IMG/VR virus record: IMGVR_UViG_3300004369_000004
Location: 1-64,000 of that record
DNA from: a virus
Strand: one strand, 5' to 3'
Length of the DNA: 64,000 bases
Shown here: one piece after another, positions 40,301 to 49,800 of the stretch
Layout of the letters: each line of letters starts with the position of its first letter
Numbering within the stretch: position 1 is the stretch's first letter
The notes under the pieces: generated by a model
Told to the model about the DNA's origin: nothing
The model's input: only the letters and a program-made list of their open reading frames with translations
The model's database searches: none
Program-made: the position numbers and the translations under genes

Positions 40301-40785
40301 GGAGTAGATACTTTTGATACAGTATCAAAGTCTAGTTTGTCATTTTTAAGAAGATTCTTAGCTCTATTTTCTTGTTTGTATAAATCAGTGCCTATATAAA
40401 AACCTAAACCTTGTCCAAAGTTTTCAAGATATTCTACTTGATCAAACAAGTATTTATTGTCTCTGCCTGATTCCTTAAGATCTTGAAGCTCTTTAGCTAA
40501 TAAGTTAAACTCGTCATTTGTTTTAACTGACTCTATTCGATTGTAAAGATCAGAAGCATAAGACTCAGGTTTACCTGCTTGAAGACTTAAAGCCGTGATA
40601 GAGTTTACATTAAAGTTTCTATTTTTATTTGCTAGTTCTCTAGATTCTTGAGCTGCTTGATAGTCATTTAAACCATAAGATAAAGTTCTATTAAGCTCTC
40701 TCAGAGACTCCTTCTGTTCAGGAGTTTCTTGATTAGAAATACCTAATGCTTGATTACTAAAGTAACTAAATAAATCGTTAGGCAT
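34315..40785 (-). CDS. giant virion (ejected) protein of the vRNAP locus (2156 aa)
   Basis: Size, coiled-coil and acidic composition, Gly/Ala-rich membrane-like N-terminal segments, and position immediately upstream of the vRNAP gene. Confidence 0.7.
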   Translation of the reverse strand: MPNDLFSYFSNQALGISNQETPEQKESLRELNRTLSYGLNDYQAAQESRELANKNRNFNVNSITALSLQAGKPESYASDLYNRIESVKTNDEFNLLAKELQDLKESGRDNKYLFDQVEYLENFGQGLGFYIGTDLYKQENRAKNLLKNDKLDFDTVSKVSTPNELYGYASSYLNQKRGIEAAKSLDVAKLVQDINNITDITTDKNAFNPYLSNILEDKFNTVGSEFYREADPDANRIDTYKGREFDWSKMENVEGSQAYLDSYRKALRGKVTQSPTNKDDNYFKYDLEKEHLSKSKYALSLAIQDLNSTLNNLKDPADTEYKAISNQRDEYLKALNTLGNRESNLEKLYGIEKGATSGGFRAFADRLEAWAYGVSKTGTAYLPEGAKEAERQLSRRAFYTPEVVSYDKFGNAVMSSDFLINSDNGNDYNWSGLFESGMTITGDMLPIIVESALLRRGFASMGGLSAYDKLNKIKAPVIGELQLADRLSTLTLVTANTYPKMVEEEKKWGGNYKSRAWAHALNEGLTEGIGFPDVGGLKVKGYTRTTAGSARTAAGLELTRSQLMTNYVRGGADFLKNVGKFNLLESFEEEMALLGEYLISNHIYDEEYDAIGREKTKFDSDAVMETLGESFKAGLLYSGLNAGMRHYSITRRDYLQNQSNYEAANNPELFRAHLKKEYDEGAITEKEFRDGIYRIEELKTVYENIPVLEKMANLPDFLNDEDTRFSLFTNAVKRNDLLQLDFANMTEEQRAELAAHKGASKAVQRAQEQYDAVKADLAVLTTKIEDETATPEDIANHTRLTKLGQILDKTRKINVNKTDLTPELIESLRAQNLIVDEDLSFTEEDLNNIIKDIETDIVRTEQRADKYANMSREQKDEIINNLYNEKINAVKEETNPEAIAQSYSNLKNDIDEIEKIKSKKYESALRRKKELFNAYGERFEELTGKSAEQEYSKFEEELANTDIQMFLEKVDVKGLIDFIRKVEFNKNHINQDLYNILQENFNLSMADMFVNLRDSRNQNGDFTRAFEALVAMDRGVYFSLDQLNEYLKLGDTVEVNVTPEEFESLRNEYITKRGIQRSQSLAETGTYDSSDAAQGNPNTDPTEQRDDLVDLSIQASQADNTTDESGNSEKKDIQKEYYDRITANKTPEQIAEILRNRVNVHFNPNSARARKLKQILNNYLANKDKSAFTDELNEAKAGIVAEIATIESTNPNSPRISSLQEALAELELWEKTATKVVLKNPTTDFNTTATTEEVPSTEEAAEDESEDRPPVSEEAREEKVPDNITAGLQKLDAIMNARRARLLELTSPARTAGIEVNAQNELSTDPAVVRRVKFLDKLSEEPFKAKVLNRRQFLREVLSNRFPKESDQQIEERLKTISNFFETSDANLLGLKFKQLSEEEKVTFLQPITDMLGENFFDEGQIDFFLRNKGRGLVNQPDVLITVADEKGKIVYDEGGYPLELNFTAEQSAEGRKNSNWKKVPWRNSRRVEREGTELGVTEDEVLSTYGPAYDARNTLIDYLKENDDTDVVLDADVSEGVLLPRTNYMAVQDVPGISETASLNDFQIAQNSSESIFDKYFKFQLGRLYYNNNGNPVILNNRKISEAEAVAIAELVYSNNTDLISPAQLDAFLRTVINQIDKDNRLMFFEGERYRSVEGQEILDQLIKPKRVTTDKDGKRQFKTLSKEEFIKTLQDHYYKVDADYLLGGKKFGNKIPFVSLNEAGEIEIGQESYLDYIKRTHELPVDKENKVTSMVNKSLYLDLEAIDKINKVKNIKAAATPPSKIKQKVEEQESSEAPVDQAQQKTLFRIFEKAFYEGNDKRFNNISDEVLASLSPATRQYLVDLYEAIKPYNEKYQRLGKVTDENNKEIVTDEQKIKYVTSAYFSGKGRGSQLGTSLSPKFSDLVFPTPSRQVLENINKSFGAKLTTQELNSVGLSREEKESLAALEGPTETKKSTTLKPKIQDKFAVVPHAEFADYLGKLPPMKELDYDELIAQIEANPNSVTDVQVLIPNEQGEITGQAYERVIDNPDFELVLLSVTDKNGKTKRVLARRLTSTQAAALPDNSVVIGSVIVDKSDSREADYNLVRVAREDWKSEEVVPAGKEKTPLSFEEMENSVTDEALDENQKQQGKENKEVCKTGSGRKAAIKSGRRSGPGL

Positions 40786-40788
40786 AGT

Positions 40789-42738
40789 TTATTCTGGTTT
40801 TGCTACTGAAATATCTTGTACTGCTGCTAAAGCTTGGCTAGCATTAGATTTAAAGAAATTACCTTGGCTATATTGTTGAGCCCATTTAGTTCCATCAGCG
40901 TACGTTACATTAACAAAAATGTCTTCACTTTCTTTTTTAGGAACAAAAGTTAATCCTGTACCATCTGCATTGTATGTACTAGCAAGGTTAGTTAAACCTC
41001 CAGTATAACGAAGATGAACATTAGGATCATAATCACTACTCTGTTTACTAGAGTTAGAGCCTTTAAATGTACCATTTAAAAGTTGTTGTGTAACATTAGC
41101 ATTCTTTACATCAGTTTGTTTACCTGACCAGACACTAGCAAAACCAGGTTGGAAGTCGTAAACATCATAAACACTTGCGGCTATTGAAGTCAAGTAATCC
41201 ATATATTGTTTTGCTACTTCTTGATTAGCTTTAATGATTGCATTTTTAGATTGCTCGGTCAAAGATGGATCACTATTTAGTTTTTCTTGTAAGGCTGCTT
41301 TTTTAGATATTAAATTTAAATATGCTGTCTTATCTTTAGGATCCCAAGTATTATATACAAGCGCTTGTTTTAAAACTTCTTCAGTTGATTTTTCTCCTAA
41401 AAAGTCATTAATACCCGACTGTATTAGTTGTTGATCTATTGTAGAAGTTCCACTTAAACTGCTATAGAAGTTACTAAATAAAGTTTTAGGAGCTACTCTT
41501 TTCTTTCCATCTTTACCAGTAACCAAAGACTCAGTATTATTTTGCATACCTTTATCCCAAGGAATAAATCCTTTTTTTGCAAGATCTGCTTTAACTACTT
41601 TAGGGTCCACCTTAGTACCGTCAGCATTCAAACCATTCTTTAAGTTGTACTGTACTTTAGCTTTATGTAAAGCTAAGCTTTGTGCAGTTTTATACCTAGC
41701 TAAGGTATATGGATTTGCTTTAATATCTACTTCTTTTTGTTGGTATGCAAATGCTCCAGCTGCATCTGAAAGAAGCTGATCTTGTACATAACTAGCCAAC
41801 ACGTCATCGCTAAGTTGACCATTAGATGCTTGGTTTAATCTGTTTTGAAGTACTTGCTGAGTTACTTGTAAGTCTGCAATTTGAGCGTTTAACTTAGTTA
41901 CTTCAGGAGCATATTCTCCATACTTAGTAATTTTGTTCTGAAGGTCAACTTGAGATTCAGATAATCTTTCATTTAACTCATCTACTGCACTAGTAAGATA
42001 ATCAGTGTAAGATCTAGAGTAGGCTGCTTTGTTTCCTGTCTCAATTAAGTACTGGGCTTCCATGCGAAGTTGATTTTTCCCCTGAGCACTTAATGTAGAG
42101 TTGTAGGCTTGTTTAAATCTATCAGCTGATACTCCAGTGTATTTATATTTCTTAATCCACTGTCCTTTTTCGTCTGTTTCATATACTTCCTGAACATCTG
42201 GTTTAAGCTTTGATATAAGATCTGCTTTAAGCTTAACTGGTTCATCCGTATAAACGGTATATGGATTGTAATTTAATTTAGAACCGTACTTACCATCGTT
42301 CTGCCAAGCTTGTAATTCTTTAAAAAAGAAATAATCATTTGGAGCAGCCTTCTTAGAAGCGTCTAACTTTTTGTACTCCTCCATCATTTTGTTATAAGTA
42401 TCAGTTGATTCTGCTGCTTGTTTAATGACGGGATCATTTACAAGCTGTTTACCTGTATTAAGTACAGAAAGAACATTAGATTTAACTGAGAAGTCTAGTC
42501 CTGCTTTAGAGTTAATTGCTTTTACAAGCTTAAGAGCTTCTTGGTCAAAGTATTCTTTGTCTTGAGGTTTAGCCAAAGAATCTCTAATAGTTCTATAGTT
42601 GTCTAATTGCTTTTGTACTAAAGCAATACCTTCGTCATAAGACTGCTGTCTATACTGAATACCTTTCAGAAAATCTTCTGGTGGTAGTGGATCAATATAA
42701 TCAGGAAGTCTTACTCTTCTGGAACGATGTGATATCAT
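40789..42738 (-). CDS. virion cargo/ejection protein (649 aa)
   Basis: Helical and Cys-free, located between the cargo gene and the giant genes. Confidence 0.6.
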   Translation of the reverse strand: MISHRSRRVRLPDYIDPLPPEDFLKGIQYRQQSYDEGIALVQKQLDNYRTIRDSLAKPQDKEYFDQEALKLVKAINSKAGLDFSVKSNVLSVLNTGKQLVNDPVIKQAAESTDTYNKMMEEYKKLDASKKAAPNDYFFFKELQAWQNDGKYGSKLNYNPYTVYTDEPVKLKADLISKLKPDVQEVYETDEKGQWIKKYKYTGVSADRFKQAYNSTLSAQGKNQLRMEAQYLIETGNKAAYSRSYTDYLTSAVDELNERLSESQVDLQNKITKYGEYAPEVTKLNAQIADLQVTQQVLQNRLNQASNGQLSDDVLASYVQDQLLSDAAGAFAYQQKEVDIKANPYTLARYKTAQSLALHKAKVQYNLKNGLNADGTKVDPKVVKADLAKKGFIPWDKGMQNNTESLVTGKDGKKRVAPKTLFSNFYSSLSGTSTIDQQLIQSGINDFLGEKSTEEVLKQALVYNTWDPKDKTAYLNLISKKAALQEKLNSDPSLTEQSKNAIIKANQEVAKQYMDYLTSIAASVYDVYDFQPGFASVWSGKQTDVKNANVTQQLLNGTFKGSNSSKQSSDYDPNVHLRYTGGLTNLASTYNADGTGLTFVPKKESEDIFVNVTYADGTKWAQQYSQGNFFKSNASQALAAVQDISVAKPE

Positions 42739-42753
42739 GGCTTTACTTGTTGG

Positions 42754-45700
42754 TTATTTTTTCTTACGGAAACCTCTTACAGACTTTTTCTTTTTAAAAG
42801 GATTTAAGTAGTGCTCCATCTCTCCACCCAGCTTCATTCCCCATTGTTGATCAGGTCTGGTACCAGGCAAATTTATAGGAGTACTTCCACCAGGAAAACC
42901 TGGAGGATTTTGGTTAAATTGAGTTTGATTCCTTTCCCACTGCTGTCTTGCTTCAGGAGTTAGTACAACAGGAGATTGGGGAGTTGGGGTATCCCAAGCA
43001 CTCCAATCTCCCTCTTGAGGTTGTTGAGTTTGAGGAGAACCACCTGCAGGTACTTGAGTAGTTTCTACAGGAGACTCAGAAGTGTTAGTAGGAGGCGCAG
43101 GTGTACCAGGTGTAGATGTACTTACAGTTTCAGAACTTGTTTGTCTCCATCCAGTGCTTGCAGTATAAGGACCTGTTTGAGTAGCACCTGCAGGTACAGT
43201 AGAAGTAGTTACACCTGTTGAAGGGCCCCAACTTACGCCAGAAGTGCTATTAGGATTAATTATAACCTTACCATCTTTATCCATTGCAAGATTAGGACCA
43301 TAGTTTTCAAAGAAAAATTCTTTAGTGTTCTCTGACTGATCCCACTTATTTCTGTTGCTAATGAGAGTATTGATAGCTTCTTGTCTATTTTCTCCTTGTG
43401 CAGATTTTGCACCTGCTACTCTCTCATTCATCACACTATCAAGTACATCTGCGTTATAAACGTCTGCTCTAAACTTAGCATCTGCATTGTACAAGTCAGC
43501 TTTCCAACGCCCTTCAGCGTCATAATTTTGTTTTGTTTGAAAAGCATTCTCTTTTGTCTGAAGTCCTGCAATATAAGCTTGTGTAGGATCTGCACCATAA
43601 CGCATAGCCGCCATTGCATTGTTATCAGCATCTTGAAGTTGAGATTGAATATTTAATGTCTGAGGACGCACATAAGGAGCATCTACTTCAGGTAAAACAT
43701 AGTTGTATGTGTCTTGACCCATTGCATACAATGAAGGAATAGACTGACTAATAGGATAAGGATTTCTTACATAGTCAGCTCTTTCAAAGTTTTTAATAAT
43801 ATACTCATTACCTCCTGGAGGTCCTGGAGTTGTAGGAGGGGGAGGTGGCATATCCTCCATATCAATATCTCCATACCCGTACTTCCTCTGAAGACCTGCA
43901 GCGTCAAAATGTTCATATCCTGACATAAGATCATTACCCATAGCAGGTCTGTACTCACTTGAACCAAAAGTATTTTCCATACCTCTAGTTACATCTGCAT
44001 ATCTAGACTTATAAAAATCAGGATTCATAATCTGATCTTCTGAAAGTCCCTCAGTATTCATTCCTATCTGCTCTAGGAAGAATTTTCTATTTTCTTTTTG
44101 TTGTGCAGGATCTGTACTAGTAGCAATCTCCATTGCTTCTTGCTCAGATTTACCATCTGCTATAGCTTTTTGGTAAGAGATTCTTTGCTCATATACCTCA
44201 GGAGTAAATCCTCCTACAAAAGAACCTGTACCTCTTAGCTTTCCCGTATTAGGATCTACCTTAGAGTATCCAGTAGTACCCATCTGAGTACCAATTTGAT
44301 ACTTATCAGTTCCAAAACCTTTACCTGTCTGATTAATTACAACAGACAAAGCCATCCTATCTTCGAAGGGGGGTTGAAAATCTCCTGTAATTATAAGCTT
44401 ACCATCTGCACCTCTTTTCACGGTACCTGCCTTAAGTCCTTCCTCAATAACAGAATTTGCTCTATCAAGCTTAGCTTTATTTTCAGGACTTTCAGAAGCC
44501 CAGGCCTGTAATTGTTCTCTACCCGACTTAATATCTACTGCACTAGAACTCTTAGTAGTGCTTACTCTTTCATAGCCCTGAGGAGTCCACTGTCTAATCT
44601 TACCATCTTTAGTAATCACATAGTCTCCTTCTTGAAGATTTTCATCAGTATCTCTTTTAAGCTGGGTATCTCCAGGAATCTTATAATACTTCTTAGTAGT
44701 AGGGTCGTAATACTTGCCATCTTTTTTAGAAACCTGATAATCTGCTCCATCTTGCATATAGTATCCACCCTCTTCCATGTTCTTCATAATCTTATGTTGA
44801 ACGTCAGGAGGTAGAGCTCTAAAGCCAGGGTTGTTAATGCCTCCATCTCTCATGCCAGGTTGTTGTCTTTCCTGTTCAGTAGGCATAGGTTCTCCAGAAG
44901 AGTTACCATTAAGAATTTGTTGATCTCTAAACAACTGATCTAGAATCTGTTGATTTCTGCGAACCAGAAGTTGAGCAGTCTGTTTGTCTACCGCAGAAGC
45001 AAAAGGATTATCCAAGATTTCTTGGAAATTCTTTAGATCATATCTTTTTGCTAACTCAGCAAAAGTTCTATTTTTCCACTTATCTGGGTAGTTGTAATTG
45101 TAATCATCTTGTTCTTTGTCTTTGAATTTTTCTTTTTGATCTTTCTTAACAAAGAAGTCTAGATAATCTAATCCCATACCCATAGAAAGGTCTCCGCCTT
45201 CTTGAGCATACTTTTGAACCAAACCAAGTTTTTGCTTAGCTTTCATTTTGTGAAGATCGCTAGGCTTTAGATGATTAGAAAATACTTTGGTACCTTCGGG
45301 GAGAACTGTATTAATTCCTCCATTCTTATGAGAAGGTCCTTTGGCTAATTCAGTAGTACCGTCAGGAAGAATCAAAAATTCTCCCCCTTCGATCTCCACG
45401 TTAGCACCTCTAGAGTTGTTCATAGGAAGTCTGTTATTTAAATTCATGCCATCTTGGGCCATGATTGTAGGCTGATATTCTGTACCACCAGAAGTAGTGC
45501 GTCCATACATCCAGTTATAGTCATAAAGAGGATTTGAATCTACTCCTCTTTGTTGAATTGCTTTACTAAGATTTCTGTTTTTTCTAATGTCGTCTTTATA
45601 ATTTAATACACCACGTACTCCCAACAAGCCCATTGTTGCCATGTCTTGCCAGTTGTTCTTTGTGTAATCCCAAGCCTTTTGAAAAAATCCAGGATCCTCA

Positions 45701-46062
45701 GGCTGAGCAGAATCAGGCTGAATTCCTCTAGTCAATTCATCAGACTTAGAGAATTTCTGCTGCTCTGTAGGCATATTATAATCAGGGATTTTGTACATAT
45801 CCTGATCATAAGGAGAAGAAGGACGTTGTACATTAGGCTCCTCTCTTGTAGGACCCCAAGAAATATCTTGTCTTCTTTGATCATTAGGATTAGCAAAATC
45901 CAACTCATAAGGTTGGTTAGGATTATTATTTACCAACGTACCAGGGGCTGGTGGAGCAGGAGGACCTACTACCTCAGCATAAGGATTAGCATCCAAAGGA
46001 TCTTGTCCCCCTACCTGAAATGATTTCTTGCCAAATTTTTTATATAAGGAATGACGCAACAT
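42754..46062 (-). CDS. crAss-like cargo protein with repeated xxxGG motifs (1102 aa)
   Basis: ANVEIEGGE...GPSHKNGG block typical of crAss-like cargo proteins; Pro/Gln/Thr-rich low-complexity ends. Confidence 0.65.
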   Translation of the reverse strand: MLRHSLYKKFGKKSFQVGGQDPLDANPYAEVVGPPAPPAPGTLVNNNPNQPYELDFANPNDQRRQDISWGPTREEPNVQRPSSPYDQDMYKIPDYNMPTEQQKFSKSDELTRGIQPDSAQPEDPGFFQKAWDYTKNNWQDMATMGLLGVRGVLNYKDDIRKNRNLSKAIQQRGVDSNPLYDYNWMYGRTTSGGTEYQPTIMAQDGMNLNNRLPMNNSRGANVEIEGGEFLILPDGTTELAKGPSHKNGGINTVLPEGTKVFSNHLKPSDLHKMKAKQKLGLVQKYAQEGGDLSMGMGLDYLDFFVKKDQKEKFKDKEQDDYNYNYPDKWKNRTFAELAKRYDLKNFQEILDNPFASAVDKQTAQLLVRRNQQILDQLFRDQQILNGNSSGEPMPTEQERQQPGMRDGGINNPGFRALPPDVQHKIMKNMEEGGYYMQDGADYQVSKKDGKYYDPTTKKYYKIPGDTQLKRDTDENLQEGDYVITKDGKIRQWTPQGYERVSTTKSSSAVDIKSGREQLQAWASESPENKAKLDRANSVIEEGLKAGTVKRGADGKLIITGDFQPPFEDRMALSVVINQTGKGFGTDKYQIGTQMGTTGYSKVDPNTGKLRGTGSFVGGFTPEVYEQRISYQKAIADGKSEQEAMEIATSTDPAQQKENRKFFLEQIGMNTEGLSEDQIMNPDFYKSRYADVTRGMENTFGSSEYRPAMGNDLMSGYEHFDAAGLQRKYGYGDIDMEDMPPPPPTTPGPPGGNEYIIKNFERADYVRNPYPISQSIPSLYAMGQDTYNYVLPEVDAPYVRPQTLNIQSQLQDADNNAMAAMRYGADPTQAYIAGLQTKENAFQTKQNYDAEGRWKADLYNADAKFRADVYNADVLDSVMNERVAGAKSAQGENRQEAINTLISNRNKWDQSENTKEFFFENYGPNLAMDKDGKVIINPNSTSGVSWGPSTGVTTSTVPAGATQTGPYTASTGWRQTSSETVSTSTPGTPAPPTNTSESPVETTQVPAGGSPQTQQPQEGDWSAWDTPTPQSPVVLTPEARQQWERNQTQFNQNPPGFPGGSTPINLPGTRPDQQWGMKLGGEMEHYLNPFKKKKSVRGFRKKK

Positions 46063-46131
46063 TAATTTTAATTTTAAAAGTTATTAATTATAACCTTGAA
46101 TATTAATAACTGGATGAATTACAGTAGTATA

Positions 46132-46161
46132 CAAATATACAAGATTAATTAAAAAATTCAA
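46132..46161 (-). promoter_or_regulatory. Bacteroidota promoter TTG-N19-TATATTTG
   Basis: CAAATATA at 46132-46139 and CAA at 46159-46161. Confidence 0.8.
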
Positions 46162-46164
46162 GCT

Positions 46165-46305
46165 TTATTTACCTTGACCCCTGTAACGCTTAACGTAGTT
46201 CTGACTTGTCTTAGTTTTGCTTGATTTTGTTTTAGCATGTACACCTGGTCTTGCAACCTTAGGTCTAGGTGTAAAAACACCGCCTTGAGATTTTAACTTT
46301 GCCAT
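46165..46305 (-). CDS. small basic protein (46 aa, MAKLKSQGG...NYVKRYRGQGK)
   Basis: Translated by hand; fills the intergenic gap. The C-terminal KRYRGQGK is typical of small basic phage proteins. Below the ORF-track cutoff. Confidence 0.75.
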   Translation of the reverse strand: MAKLKSQGGVFTPRPKVARPGVHAKTKSSKTKTSQNYVKRYRGQGK

Positions 46306-46323
46306 ATTATAAGATATTATTAA

Positions 46324-46800
46324 TTAACATTTCCAACGTCTACGTGCTTGTCTGATTCTAGAATTAGGATCATTCTTTGTCTTCTCAGAAGAACGTTTTA
46401 ATTGACCTAATGATCTTGCACAGTAAGACTTTCTACGTTTAGCTGCAAGCGAGCCTGGTTTAACCTTACCAGTTACAGCTGTTTTTAATTTAGATCCAGG
46501 ATTAGCTTTTCTATAAGCTCTTACTCCCTTTTCTGTCATACCTGCTCCTTCTTTAGTTGGGCGATAGTTAGCACCAGGACCCTTTGTTGTATGTCTTATA
46601 GTGCCTCCTTTAGCCATGTAAAGAGATTGCAGTTTATTTATCTTAGCACCATGCTTTGCTTTTCTCCAGGTGCCGCCTTTTGACTTATACCATTTAGCAG
46701 CCCAACCATTGGCATAGGCTGATGGATATACATCAAACTTTTGTCTAGCCATAGATTTAGCTCTAGACCAAAGACTTGGGTTATTAGGTTTATTTGCCAT
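46324..46800 (-). CDS. basic two-module protein (YPSAYANGW module plus DUF6321-like module)
   Basis: K/R-rich, with GMTEKGVRAYRKANPGSKLKTAVT...RRKSYCAR...RRWKC; modules joined by MAKGG. Confidence 0.7.
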   Translation of the reverse strand: MANKPNNPSLWSRAKSMARQKFDVYPSAYANGWAAKWYKSKGGTWRKAKHGAKINKLQSLYMAKGGTIRHTTKGPGANYRPTKEGAGMTEKGVRAYRKANPGSKLKTAVTGKVKPGSLAAKRRKSYCARSLGQLKRSSEKTKNDPNSRIRQARRRWKC

Positions 46801-49800
46801 TATTTTTTTCTTTTATGGTTATATGGAATTCTAGTTGACGAAGTCTTAGCTGCTTTAAACTTTGCTTTCTCAGTAGAAGAAAGTTCAGAAGAAGTCTTAG
46901 GAGTTTTACTACTTACTCGTTTAGAAGGTCTGCATGCAGGATAAGCTCTATTCTCTCCCTCTTGTCTACCACACTGTTTGCCTGTTTTAACATCTACCCA
47001 CTTCTCAGCAAACCATCTATCTAAGCCACCATGTTGACCACCAGATTTATATTGTTTCTTTTTATCGTAAAAAGACGATGATACTACTGTACCATTAACT
47101 CCTGGTACAGTCATTCCCCCATCTTGGTATAAAGCAGCATTAAAAGAAGAGTGTCCTCCGTGGAATCCAGTTGCCTTGCCTTTCTCCAGAGCATTCTTCC
47201 AAAGACCAGAAGCCTGTGGACTCTGAGTATTCATACCTGAACTAACTCTTCCTAAGTCTAATCTTTTTAAGTAATCATTCAAAGATTTGTAAGAACGAGT
47301 ACCACGAACTACCTCTTCACCGATTCTAACAGCTTCTGTAGGAAAAACTCCTGCAGCACTATTTGACATTTGTAAACCAGGAATACTTCTTAAATAAGCT
47401 TTGTTTGTAATATCAGGAATATCTCCTCTATATAAACCAGGTCTTGTAGTTACTCCCCACTCTCTAGGTCCTTCTACTATAGTGTTTCTTCCCACTACGC
47501 GATTATAACGATCAGCTAGAGACTTCATTAACTCTTCCTTAGTTAATGCACTAGTAGTCAAATCATTTATAGTAAGATTGAATAACTCTGGATCATCTGG
47601 AAAACCTTTGGAAAGAGAATGCATTCTCTCGATTGTTCCTTCCTCTAACAATTCATCAAAATATCTATTAGGATTAGATCTGAATAAATCTAAACGTTGC
47701 CTTTGAAAATCATTTAAAGGAAAAGTAGCCCGTTGTCGTGGAGTATAAATAGTCAACTCATCTCCTCTTGGATTTAATCCTTGAACTCTGTATTCTAAAC
47801 CAGAAACATTATTTGCAGGAATAATTTCATCGTTTAAGAGATCAAGATTTCTATTGAATATATCTATGTACTCTTCTCTAGGAATATCAACAACCCCAGG
47901 TAACTTTTGATCAGGAGCCAAAGGTTTAAGTCTACCATAAACATCAGTTACAGTATTTCTATATTCTTCAGGAGTCATAAGCTTTGCAATCTCTCTTTGT
48001 TGTGGAGAAAGCTTAGGAGAGCCCATTTCAAAATGGGACTGATTAACAACTGCTGGTCTAGGTTTAACTCTAACACTATTAGGATTAGAGCCTGAAATAA
48101 ATTCTCTACTAGTAGTTGTCTGAGATTGAGGAGCTCTTTCAAATAAATCTAATTGTCGAGGTTGAGCAGAAGAAGCCTCCCCAGCAACATCATCCATTAT
48201 CCTAGAGGTAGGAGTTGTCATTCGTAGTGCAGGACTTGCAACTTCATCTAGTGAGCGAGTAGCAGATCTTCTAGCTAATTTAGCCAAAGAACCTGCAGCT
48301 TTGCTAGTAAGTTTTGGAACCATACTAGCTGCACCAACTATAGTAGCAGGATCTAATACTGCATCAACTGCAAACGCACCATAAGGATTTTGAATATCCA
48401 TTGCTTCAGATGGAGTTTGTACTTTGCCAGTAAGGTTGTACATCATACCAAGTTGAGGCACCGTAAAAGGAGAGGTAAGAACTTGCGCAAAACTTCCTGC
48501 TATATCATTTCCAGTCTTATACCAGTTTTCTCCACCAGTAGCATCTGATATTCTTCTAGCCATTTGACTACTAAAGTCATTTGGATCTGTATCATATCCA
48601 TAAGGGTAAAAACCCATTCTATCAGCAATCTGTCTAGGCATCCTTTTATACCAAGGTGCTCTCTTTGATGTAATCTCAACAGGAGCTATTCTGTCAGGAT
48701 TTTCAGCAGTAGATGTTTCTAGAGATCCGCCCGCTTGATATTGTCTAGTTTGGTACTCACTGATAGGGTAAAGAGATTCTTCAGGAGTACCTTCCAAGGC
48801 TCCATCTTGCATATATCTAGTTGTATCTTTTTGATATCTAGAATACAATGCGTCTATGTCTACAGGAATCTCTGCGCCATCTTGTGCAATCTTTTGCTTA
48901 GCTACATCTTCTTTAGCAAACAAGTACATGTACTTATTAATATCATTATCTGATAAGCCGATGTCTTGTAGCTGTTTATATTGTGCTTTATCTCCTTCTG
49001 AAAATCCTTCTTTATAGTTATTAATATCGTAACCAGGCTGAAGTAATTCGTAGCCTTGATCTATAGAAGAATCTCTAAGAGCTTTTAGTCTAGCTTTTAC
49101 TTCACTGGGATTTGAAAGATACTCATATTCTTTAGTCCTCTTAGGAGGATTAATAAAGCTATTAAGATCTTGAGATAAGACTTGTGTAAAGTAATCTCCA
49201 ACTTTAGTAGCGCCAGGGGTGTAGGAGCTATCTAAAGAGTGCGATAATTCATGCCTAAAAAAAGATGGATTGTACTTACCCTTCTTTAATAGAATACTAT
49301 GATCACCAGGTTTATACTTTGCATAAGTACTAGGTCCAAAGTTCATAAAAGACATATAAGGCACATCTACACGTAGTTCGTCAAGATTAAGCCTTCTAGC
49401 ATCAATCATATCCTGTACAGGTCTATCCTCGGAATCAGGCCCATAGAATTCTGTCTGTAATAGTTTTTTATACTCAGGAGTATTAAGTGCTTCAGTTTGT
49501 CTATCAACCTCAGCGCTAGCATCTCTATAGATTTGTCTCCTAGACAATCCACCTTTTTGCATTCGAGTCTCAAGAACTTCTTTATCTCCTGGAAATTTAT
49601 ATTCTTTCCCAGGCTGCATTACAACAGTCTTACCAGTTTGTAAACCTTTACCGAGTACAGGTCTTTTAAAGAAATCTTTTTCTCCATTAGGACCTTTCAT
49701 AGTAATACGATTAGAAGAAACAATAACTTTGTTAAGTTTTTTATTCCATAAACCAGTTTTACTCTTAGGAATATTAGTCTTTTTAGACTGCGCTTTATTA

